Part shown: positions 38,076-48,281 of the stretch, in pieces | Layout of the letters: the number at the start of each line of letters is the position of its first letter | Numbering within the stretch: position 1 is the first letter of the stretch | From: Phyllosticta citribraziliensis | Lineage: Eukaryota | Reading direction: 5' to 3' | Assembly: GCF_038025025.1 (NCBI RefSeq) | Contig: NW_027117338.1 | Location: 868,001-932,000, forward strand | Length of the DNA: 64,000 nt | Made by a program: the position numbers and the translations under genes | The notes under the pieces: generated by a model | Told to the model about the DNA's origin: nothing | Seen by the model: only the letters and a program-made list of their open reading frames with translations | The model's database searches: none

Positions 38076-39812
38076 GCTCGAGGGTCGAGGTCAGGAGCAA
38101 GCGCCGAGCGCGAGTAAGACAGAGAGGAGGTAGGCTGGGCGGGAAGAGACGTCTTCCGAGAGCTTCGATCAGTCGAGCATCAACGCGAGGCACCGGGCGG
38201 CAGTCAGGAACGTATGGCACGAGGGCAGCGCTGTAGAAAGCTTGGTGGTAACGAGCGCCCGCCGGTGAGTTGAAGAAGTTTGAAGCGGTAAGGGCGGATA
38301 CGTGAATCAAAATAGTAGCGCAAGGTAGGTTGTGGATGTGGAGGAGGGCCCGGGGGCTGAGTTGCAGATGCCGCGGCCATCTATCTGCGGCGAGGCACAG
38401 GCAGCCCGTTTCCACAGCTTTAGGACGCCTGCTTATTACTTGCCGCTGCTGACTTTTTGCCCATCAACTGTGCGCGCGCCAATGGACGCTGTCACGTACC
38501 AAAAATGCGTTTACTTATTGCAGCCCTGCAAACCACCAGCCAGCCTGTTTGGCAGATGTTGCGTCTCGACCATTTCCAGAGCTGTCTGTTCGTCGCGCCA
38601 TCCTCGCCGATCAACCCCCACCGTGCATTGCGTACTCTCCTTGGCCTAGCCCTTGGCCTTGACCTGGAAGCTGTCCCAGTCCCACGGCACGTCCATCCTT
38701 CGAGCAGTCTCTCATCATCACGGTCGAAAGCTTCAATGCGTTCGTTCCCGCCTCTTCGCCTGCTGCTGCATCATCAATGTCCAGGCGCATGAGCATGGAA
38801 TCCCTTCATCTCCTGCTGCTATACCGCTGTCATTTCGAAAGGCTTTCTTGCCCCTGGTGCCGGACTCACTCTCGTCATCAGACCATCTGATATGCCGCCG
38901 CCTGCCCAGTAAGCTTGCAGGTCTCCTGTTTGCCTAGAGAGATTGATTGCCAGATAAGTTTTGAGCGATCGGCTGAGCCTTGGAAAGTATCTGAGAAGTG
39001 GCCTGCCATGTCTTTGCCTCCTTACCTAGTCCATGACGGACGGCGACACTGCCAACATTCTACGGCCAATGGCCTGCGTCCCATGCTTCCGGGTGTTCGT
39101 ACTTGCATGCGGAGGCAGCCAGAGACCAATCGGCCACTATCATCCATACGACAACGGACACGCGTACAGTCTTGTCTGCGCAGAGCGAACCAGCCACAGC
39201 GTTGGACTTTCTCCACCTAGTTGCCGTACAGAACTTAGATTCATGGGCACATGTGATACTCAGCGTTTGAAATCGCCACTCGAACACACCCGCAAGTCTT
39301 GAATGAATAATGGACATGGTTCGAAAGTGTGGAGCCTTGGGCAAAGGCTCTATAATGAGTCGGAAAAGCATCTTGGTGAACACTGAGTTTTCGCGGCAGC
39401 CGTATCATTGCGAAATTTCGATTACATTTAAACCGAAGGCGAACAGCCTGCGCAGTCGCCAACGACATGTGTCTATGTGCATTCATAAGTGCTCATATTT
39501 CATTGGTTTAACACTCAGAAGTCCGGAAAAGTCACAGATATGCCGAACAATCGTTGGCGCTAACTTGGAAACGTTCAATTCAAGGTGTCTGACGTGGGCA
39601 AAACGGGACGGTTCATAAGGCTGACATGCTCTGGAATAAATGAAGGGTTCTCGAGCCAGGGGAAATCGCATGGTGATGCTTGCTGACACTGTAGGCCAGG
39701 GGCAAGTTGTAACGGTGAACAAGCTTAAGAACCTGAACCTCTTGTGGCGCATCTTCCCAGGCTCGGTCGCAAGGGTCGTGGCACACACATCCCAAGGGTT
39801 TGTGAGTTGTGG

Positions 39813-40126
39813 CTTGGATGCTCTTTAGTCCTAGTCTCTTAGGGGCTTGAATGCTCCTTGACTGACCCCAACCATTGTTGTGTGGACGACTCTTCCGACG
39901 CAGCCCTGACGGTGATCAAGCGTGAGAAACGAAATCTCTTGTGGCGCACTCTGCGTGCGAGGCTGCTCACAAATGTCGTGGCACAATCCTGAGGTTCTGC
40001 GCATCAGCGCTCGAATGCTCTCCATCACAACTCTCTAATACTGCTGAATACTCCTGAACACGTACTCTGGTCTTGAGTCGCTTGAATGCTCCCTATCAGT
40101 GTCTGCTTAGGCGTATGGATGCTCCC
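39813..40126 (-). repeat. Cluster of six co-oriented GGGAGCATTCAAG-type motifs
   Basis: Plus-strand G(A/G)AT(G/A)CTC cores at 39816, 39849, 40013, 40046, 40084 and 40117, giving spacings of 33, 164, 33, 38 and 33. Confidence 0.7.
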
Positions 40127-40389
40127 AGACTGGCCTCTGAACCCGCGGTGGCTATTTGCACCGCCACATTCAAGAGCCATTCACCTCAACGCCACACTGT
40201 CGTCATTCCCACGGCTCCCGGACCGGTCGAACGACCACTCGCACAAACCGGAAACAACCACATCCACCACTGCAGTCATGAGCCCCGTCGTCGTATTTTC
40301 ATGACCTGACCAAACTCGTTCTTAACTCGGTCTCTGCACTACAGCTTACGCCAAGTTGCCCTCTTTACCCGCTCCCTTCCGACGCCGTC

Positions 40390-41527
40390 ATGTTCGCGGG
40401 CTTTCAGCGATTCCTCTCTCAACCTCTTGATGTCCAATGGCGGGCAGCACTCGTAAAGCTCCCGCGAGCTGCTCCAGACTGGGTCCTGCGATACACATCT
40501 GATCCTCCCATCCCCTTCGTCATCAATCTCCCATCGCGCGGCACCTACAACATTCCTGTCTACGTGTTTTTGCCGCCTGAACCTACCCAAGAGGCTTGTC
40601 CAGTGATAATCGAGTTCCATGGAGGTGGCTTCGTCCTGGGGAGCTGCCTCGAGGAGGCTCCTTTTTGCTCCCTCATATCCCGAAAGTTGTCAGCGGTTGT
40701 GATTTCAGTTGATTACAGAATGGGTAATCACTTCTATCAACAGGCGATGTACATTTACTGATCAAAGCCAAGGCCCTATCGACAAGTTTCCAGCAGCACT
40801 TGAGGATGCCGAGGATGTCTTGTCCGCCATCCTTGATCCTACTTCACATGCCTATGAGCCTCTTCGCGTCGGCATAGCGGAAAACGCAAAGGCGTCGGGA
40901 AACATTTACATCACGCTCGACACCAACCGCCTCTCCATCGCAGGATTCAGCAGCGGCGGAAACATTGCCTTGAATCTCGCCTTGAGCATCAAACCTCCGC
41001 AGCTAGAGGAGCCCTGGCCCAGCCGCATTCCACCGGATTATCCCAACAAGATACCGCTCTTGCTCTACTATCCGTCATTCGACCTACGCCAAAAGCCTTC
41101 AGAGCGGACTCGGCCACCCAAGATGCCAGTTCCAAATGGGTTTTGGCATTCCAGCTTCGACGTTTTGGCGCCGACATATTGTCCGCCCGAGCAGACGGCT
41201 CATCCTCGTGCATCTCCGGGGCTGGCAGAGCTCTGTGAAGGGGGCCTGCATGACCGAGTGCGCATGTATCTTGTCCTACCAGAGCTCGACAGCTTATCTG
41301 AGCAGAGTGAAACTTGGGTCAAGAAGGTTCGTGCCGAAGGCAGGGGGACTGACCTGAAAGTGGAGCGGTACGAAGGTTTGACGCATGGGTGGGCTCAGAT
41401 GCCCGTTAGCTGGCTGAACGAGGAAGAGAAGAGGACTCGGATTGAAACCTTTGAGACTGCTGTGCGTTTTGTGAGGGACACCTGGGAGGGAAAGGAGGTT
41501 GAGGCTTCGGCGTTGGGCACAGTGTGA
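40390..41527 (+). CDS. HSL-family alpha/beta hydrolase (esterase/lipase); 2 exons
   Basis: FHGGGF oxyanion motif, SVDYRMGP (intron 40724-40772), FPAALED, GFSSGG nucleophile, ELDSL, HGW. Confidence 0.88.
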
Positions 41528-42031
41528 TTGCATTTGTCGAAAGGAATGAGACCTGGCAATGCGAGTGCATCTAGGGGGCGTTCATTTGCTGCCATAGCTG
41601 CGCTCAGGGAGCAATTGTTCGTCCGCGCTGCCGGATCCAGAGAGTCTCTTTTATTCCGACGCGCAATGTGCCGGGAGGGTTGAAAAGTTGTGACCGGAGT
41701 CTGGGTTGAGAAAGTTTCGAGGGAAGGTTGACATGACTCGACGAATTTCCACGTACAAGGCTCTACTTTCGAATCAACCTTTTCAAACTGGTGCCAAATT
41801 CCACTTCATTCAAGTATCCCGCTGTGTATGTAGGGATGCGGCCACGACTTCGCCATAGCGCTCGGTGCATCGCACGCCGAGCAACTTGGCTAGACGAGAC
41901 GCGGTCTAAAACGCGTCCACCTCATTAGACCTAGCCAAAACCTAACGACACCCAAACATCGTTCGTACGAACCAACATTGCGCACCTCTCTGCCCACGAG
42001 TCGGGAGCATTCAAGTCCACTTTCGCCAACG

Positions 42032-42382
42032 ATGGCCACCTCACACAAAAGCGCCTTCAAGATCCTAACCGGGCCGCAATGGACCGCCTGGGAGCAATCC
42101 ACCTCGTTCAACGGCGCCTCGATCGACCTGACAGACGGCTACATCCACCTTTCCACAGCAGTACAGGCCGGGGAGACATATGCGAAATTCTTTGCTGGCC
42201 AGTCGGACCTCGTTGTCGCAGAGGTCGACCTAGAAAAGCTGGGCGATACGGTCAAGTGGGAACCGTCGAGGAATTCGGAGCTCTTTCCTCATGTGTACGG
42301 CTCGATTCCACTGACAGCAGTGCTGAGGCATTGGGAAAACGTGGATGGTGCGCTCTTCCAGGAGTTGGGGGCTCAGGCGTGA
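42032..42382 (+). CDS. DUF952 family protein (116 aa), intronless, bacterial-like
   Basis: Signature segments FKIL, DLTDGYIHLST, FFAGQSDL, VDLEKLGDTVKWEPSR, LFPHVYG. Confidence 0.88.
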   Translation: MATSHKSAFKILTGPQWTAWEQSTSFNGASIDLTDGYIHLSTAVQAGETYAKFFAGQSDLVVAEVDLEKLGDTVKWEPSRNSELFPHVYGSIPLTAVLRHWENVDGALFQELGAQA

Positions 42383-42805
42383 GAGCATTGCGTCGAGCTT
42401 GAGGGCGCGAGGCTGAGAGGATGAGCCACCTTGGTGGACTGTCGCACACAACATCGCGAAGACATGGCGTTGAAATACGGTCTATGGGGCCGCTCTCTGT
42501 CCTACGGGTTGCACCCTTTTTGTGGCCTGGGCATCCTTTGGCCTTCGTTCAGGGAGCGTTCAGTCGCTGTCCACGTCAGACCAGGATTCTCCAATTTGTC
42601 CACCGCCATGCCATGTTGGCCAAGAGCTAGGTCGACATTTTTAGGGGCTTACCAAAGGATACGGGCTTGAGAATACGTCGGTACTACAACCTTGCGGATA
42701 CATTGTCCAATTCTGGGGCTGCGAATACAGTAACTAGATTCTGAATTGCCTTGCGTCTGCTCATCACACTAGCCATTCCCGCTTGGACGTGTAATGTTTC
42801 CGGGA

Positions 42806-42921
42806 TCGAATGCTCCCAGTGTCGGAACATGGTGATCCCACTCAGGAACCGGGGTCGAATGCTCCCAGGGGCGAAACAAAGTGATCCCACTCAAGAACTG
42901 GAGTTGAATGCTCCCAGTGTC
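42806..42921 (-). repeat. 49-bp tandem repeat (~2.3 units) carrying the GAATGCTCCC core
   Basis: T(C/T)GAATGCTCCCAG at 42806, 42855 and 42904. Units 1 and 2 also share GTGATCCCACTCA.GAAC. Confidence 0.8.
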
Positions 42922-43280
42922 GTGGCTGGCAATCCTTCACACGCGACCCGCATTTGGCTGCCCAGTGGAGAGTGACCAAAAATGACCGCGTCTGTGGTCA
43001 AAACACGTCTCATTTGACCATCATCAGAGGCAGCCGGTCACGGACTGAACACTATTCGCCAGCGGTGGGCGTCCACCAACCCACGTCAGCTGTCAGCTTC
43101 CCCGTGCCATGCCCTGTTGGCCTCATGGCCCGCTACTCATGGATTTTGTACATCTACTCGTGAACCACCTCTTTGCGATGTACCTTGTTCCATTGTAACT
43201 TTCGATCCACGACACCTCTCAGATTGCATTGTCCTCTCGTCAGAGGATTGGACATCAAGGTCTTGTTGAGCAACACCCCA

Positions 43281-44940
43281 ATGCTCCAGATCAGTACACC
43301 TACAGCGTGGGCTAGCCGAATTGCCAGCATCATTGTCATCATTTCCCTCTTCTATGTCGTTTACCTTGCACTCCACTCCTGGTCGACCAGGCGCCTCTGG
43401 ACCAGGAAACATGGATGTCAACGCATCAACACCCGCCATCACTCAACTGCCCGCGGTCTCCTCTGTGGAATTGACTTGATGTATGACAGCTTCCAGGCTG
43501 CCGCTTCCAGCAAATTCCTTTCAAATACCTACACCCTGTACTCGAAGCTCGGCAACACGTGGTCTACGCGGATCTTGGGAAACCCGGTGATTCACACGAT
43601 CGATTGTGACAATCTGCGAGCGGTGTACAACACCAACTTCCGCGACTGGGGCTTTGGCGCGTTTCGCGTGAACTCATTCCGCCCGCTTCTTGGGAACGGC
43701 ATCTTTGCCATCGAAGGGCCAGAGTGGCGCCGTTCTCGAGACCTGTTGCGGCCAGCTTTTGCGAAGAGCGAGGTTTCAAACCTAGAGGTGTACGAGAAGC
43801 ACTTTCAGCAGCTACTCAAAGTCATACCAGACTCCACGGGAGATGATGGCGTGATCGACCTTCAACCTCTTTTCTTTCGCCTGACAATGGACTCGGCCAC
43901 GGAAGTCATCTTTGGCAAGAGTGTGCACTCTCTGTCGACTGACAAGGAGCAATCCTCCGCGGCCAGGACCCTCGGTCACGCGTATGAGAAAGCCAAGTCA
44001 GAAATCTTCACCAACATTCTGCTCTATCCGTTCGGCAGATTGCGCTGGTGGAGCGGACTCATGCCCGCAGTCAAACAGGTCCATGGTTACGTTGACCCCA
44101 TTGTGGAAGAAGCCATCGCCATAGCTCAACGAGATGCGGAATCCACAGTGGACAAGCCATCCTACGACCAGCCCGAAGAGAAGAAGAAGCCATACTCTTT
44201 TCTCCGCGAGCTAGCCTCCTGCGCGTCCAAGGAAAAGATCCGCGGCGAGCTTCTCAGCGTGCTTTTGGCCTCGCGCGACACAACGGCTTCCCTCCTTTCC
44301 AACACAATATTCATCCTCTCACGCCGACCAGACATCATGTCTCGCCTCCTCGACGAACTCGCGCCGCTCGACGGCCAGTCGCCGACATACCCCCAGCTCA
44401 AGAAACTGGCGTACCTAGACGCCGTGTTGAAAGAATGTACGTACCGCTTCCCGTCCGCCTAAACCAAAAACTAATGCACATCCTGTAGCACTCCGTCTTC
44501 ATCCCGTTGCGCCAACAAACACCCGCACAGCCACGCGAGCGACGATTCTCCCCCGCGGCGGCGGCCCCGACGGCACAAGCCCCGTCTACGTGGCGCCGGG
44601 CACGCAGGTCGTCACGTCCATCTACGCGCTGCATCGCGACCCGAAGCTCTGGGGCGCCGCTGCGGGAGCATTCGAGCCGGCGCGCTGGCTGTCACGCGTC
44701 GACCGACGCAGTCCGCCGCACCCCTTCGCCTTCCTTCCCTTCCTCGCTGGCCCGCGCCAATGTCCCGGCCAGGGCCTTGCCATGGCTGAGGCGGGTTACA
44801 TGGTCGTGCGGTTGCTGCAGACTTTCGGGATCAGATGCGCGCCGGGCGAGGAGAGCCATGAATGGGTCGAGCATTTGGCTGTGACGTGTGAGAACCTGAG
44901 GGGCTGCAGGGTTGTCTTGGGAGATAGTGGTGGTATGTAG
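43281..44940 (+). CDS. Cytochrome P450, CYP52 clan (alkane/fatty-acid hydroxylase-like); 2 exons
   Basis: N-terminal TM, LLGNGIF, FFRLTMDSATE, I-helix ASRDTT, ESLR across intron 44437-44488, LPRGGGPDG, FEPARW, heme motif FLAGPRQCPG. Confidence 0.92.
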
Positions 44941-45323
44941 GTTCGTGGTGATGAGTGGGAGAAAACCACGACTGACAAGGAGTTTGGGGTATGGCTGGCG
45001 TTGGTGTTGCTAAGGATGTTTGAACTGCTTTGATTTCTGTTTCCTTCTTTTTCCTTTGTCTCTTTTCGTCTCTGCAATATGGTGGTTTGATGGATCCATA
45101 TGGGGTAGTCTTACGGAAGCTGGTTGTATCAGCTCAAGGTGGAGGAGATTATTGGCAAAGTCATGATGATTCATGATGGAGACAGAGGGGGGACAAGGAA
45201 AATCACTTTACTGAGGTGTCATTATGAAGCATCCAAATCAACTAGAAGGCCAAGCTGTCATTGAAATCCCTTTGGAGATCCAGATAAGACGACTGCGCTA
45301 CTGCCATAGTTGGTGTAGAAATA

Positions 45324-45522
45324 AATGAGACTCCCTAGGTCTAGATGCAGCAGTGAACGGATGCTCCATAAGTGTAGCTATACTAGTAAATGAACACTCC
45401 TTAAGCGTGACTGCAGCAGTAGATGAATACTCCCTAAGTCTGACTACAATAGTGAACAAATGCTCCCTGAGTGCACTCATATTACCAGGAGGTCTGTCAC
45501 ATTTCTTTCGACACCCACTATG
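45324..45522 (-). repeat. ~200-bp dispersed element, copy B: leader plus four 33-bp units
   Basis: Reverse complement aligns end to end with 10442-10636. Units begin AGGGAGCATTTG, AGGGAGTATTCA, AAGGAGTGTTCA and ATGGAGCATCCG, exactly 33 bp apart. Confidence 0.85.
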
Positions 45523-45678
45523 TTACTCTATGTTCATCCGATGTATGCACCCCCTACCAAGCCAATACCCGCTCAGCTTTCCGGCTGTAGAATCTAGAGT
45601 CAGCCTCATCTCACCAGGGCAGTATCCCTGTCTTGGACACACCTTCATCAGCCTGGTCCCTATTCGTAATCGGCGTGG

Positions 45679-47802
45679 TTATCCAAAGAAAAGCTTTTTA
45701 TTCCCACTCTCCCCCTGACCCAACCCATCCGCTCTAGGCCTTCCCCTCTTCCTCTTGGCATTGCTGTTCGCACTTAGCGCAACACCAGCCGACCCCGCCC
45801 CGGCAGTCATGATGCCAAAAATATTCTTCGACTCCACCGGTGTTGTCGTTGTGGTTGGCTGTGGTGACGCCGACGCTTCTGGCGGCTGCGGCGTACCCTC
45901 ATTATTCGCCTCCCTGACCGTCTCGCGAATGGCGTCACGCGACAGGCAAAAGTCAATATGCTCGTTGAGGGCGCGGTCGTTGGCCGGTTGGGGTCGCATG
46001 CAGATTGGGCAGACCCAGAGCTCCTCTGGCTCCTGACTTTCCTTTGGTGCGGCATTGAGCTGGCGTCCATGTTTGACGGTGGGCGAGGTGTGCGATTCCT
46101 GGTTTTGGTCTCGATCGCCGTGCTCTTGCTGCTGGCTGAGCCGCAGTGTCTCTACAAATTCGTCTTCGCGCTCTTGGCGCGCGGCTTCCTCGAACTCGGC
46201 TTCGGGCCAGACTTCCCATTCGTCGTTGTCGTTGGCGGTTGTGGCAGATCGCGTATTGCTGCTAGATCCAATGGATATGGTTGCGTCGGGTGTCTTGGTG
46301 CCAAGGCCGAAAAACTCGTCAATGCCGGGCTTCTTCATCGAGACAAGGTGCGTAACCCTCAGCCCCATTAGGCGCAGGGTCATATTGGGGATCTCCTTTT
46401 GGAGCTTGACGAACATCGGGAGGGCGTATTTGTACAGATCATCCGCTTTGAAAATGGCATAAGGAGCGTTCGTCTGCCGTGTTATGACCTCGTACGTGTG
46501 CAGCTTTACCTTGAGCACCAGAGTGCGGCCTTTGAACTGCGTTCGTTCGAGGTCGCCTTGGAGTTCGTCTGCGGTTCGTCGAAGTTTGGCAAGGAGCTCA
46601 TCTTTGGATTTCATATCTTTGAATGTCGATTCAGTGCCAACGCTCTTTCTCTCGCTTTCTTCGGCCGGCGCAATCTTGGTTCTGCCGACCCCCAGGAAGC
46701 ATCCGATCAGGAACTTGAAAGCCTTTTCGCCAAAAAGTCTGGGGAGGATGGCACGAGCAGAGTAAATGTCCCCGCAGGTTTCCACACCAATGGCTTGGAG
46801 CTCTCTTTCAAGCACCCTTCCAACCCCATTGACCTTGCGGGTGGGCATGTCTTTCATAAATGCCATGATACTAGCTCGGTCGCTTGGAATACGGAACTGT
46901 CCATTTGGTTTGTTTTTGTTGGACGCAATCTTGGCAAGTTTTGTATTTGCAGCGATCCCAGCAGACACCGTAATCTTGGTCTTTTCATGGACTTCACGGC
47001 GAAGCTGCTCCACAGCGCTCTCGGGAGTCATTCCATGTTCCTCGCAGTATCTGGTAATATTGAGGTATGCCTCATCGATGGATGCTGATTCAAAGCGCGG
47101 GTCGTACACTGCAAGGAATTCGCGCACCTCGTTCGCTTTCGCCCCGTATTTGTCGAAATTCATGGGCAGGCATATGAGCTGCGGGCATAGTTTCATGGCA
47201 ATAAATCCGGCCATTCCACTCCTGCAGCCGAACCTTCGCGCATGATAGTTGCAAGTCGTCAGTACACCCTTGCCTACAGCAAAAGGAACATTCTTGAGCT
47301 CCGGCCTCTCCAGCTCCTCGACGGCGGCATAAAAGGCATCGCAATCTATGTGGACTATGACCTGAGAAAGGTCTCGGCTAAGTTCGAGCTCGGCAATGTA
47401 GTCGTCTGCGCGGCGACGATCGTGGGAAAGGTCTAGACATTCGAGTTGGCGCTTCCGCTCAAGAATACGGGAGATCTTCTCGGTAAGGACCTTGTCTTTG
47501 GACTCTTCGTTGTTGAAGTACTTGGAGCCTTTGGAGGCGTTGTAGATGATTTCGGCTACCTGGTGAGCGTCAGCCCCTGGAGGAAGCAGAGGGGTAAATC
47601 AAGGGAGGCGGGCCTTGTTCTGATCGACGCCATCCTGGCCGCTCTTTTGCAATGAAGGGCCTAACAGATGGTGCTTCAAGGAGTAGTGGACATCGCGGTG
47701 GTGGTCGGCAGGCGGAGCGGGCTCGGCGGCAGGTTGCGGCGGGTCGGGGTCGGCGGAGGCAAGCTGTGCTGGATCTGGGTCCGCATGCGGCTCATGGCTC
47801 AT
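45679..47802 (-). CDS. POLK: DNA polymerase kappa (Y-family, DinB); 2 exons with a non-canonical intron donor
   Basis: EIIYNASKGSKY, HIDCDAFYAAVE, TCNYHARRFG, SIDEAYL, UBZ finger CPIC...HIDFC, basic NLS and a terminal FF motif. Needs removal of 47560-47613 (GC...AG). Confidence 0.9.
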
Positions 47803-48281
47803 GTCGAAGAGGTGTTGACGAGGGCGGAGATCATGGCGAGGGTAAATACGGGTGTTTGGGAGAGGAACGCGCGGAACGCGTTGCGGCGTCAGCCACAGAG
47901 GGTACCGGCGGACGGCCAAGTCACCCCACGACAGGGAGGCAAGCGGAAGCCAGCACGGCGGGAGAGCAAGTCATCTTCCTCGCCGTCGTCGCGGAGCCGA
48001 ATTCTTCTCCAGACCCTGCTCCTATCCTACACTGCTCGTCAACCTCGACCACCGCAGCCCAGTCGCGTTGTTTTCCTTTTGTCGGTCACGTCGTCGCATC
48101 GTCATCACCGCATCGCGCCGCTCCGTTCCAACTTCGGGCCCGCCCAGCAACACCAAAACAACCAACCCCAAGCCTCCGCCCGCCACCCCCAAATACCGTC
48201 GAATATGTCCAATGTGCGCGTCGTTCCTCCTGGCATCCTGTAGACCGATTCACCTCTGCTCCACCATCCTCCTCCCGAACC

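Noticed and set aside
44664..44676. GGGAGCATTCGAG inside the P450 coding exon
   Set aside because: It encodes G-A-F-E just before the conserved PxRW motif and is probably coincidental. Not counted as a cluster.
40390..44940. Esterase + DUF952 + P450 as a secondary-metabolite cluster
   Set aside because: No backbone enzyme (PKS, NRPS, terpene synthase), transporter or regulator is adjacent, and the flanking genes (a membrane protein and Pol kappa) look unrelated.
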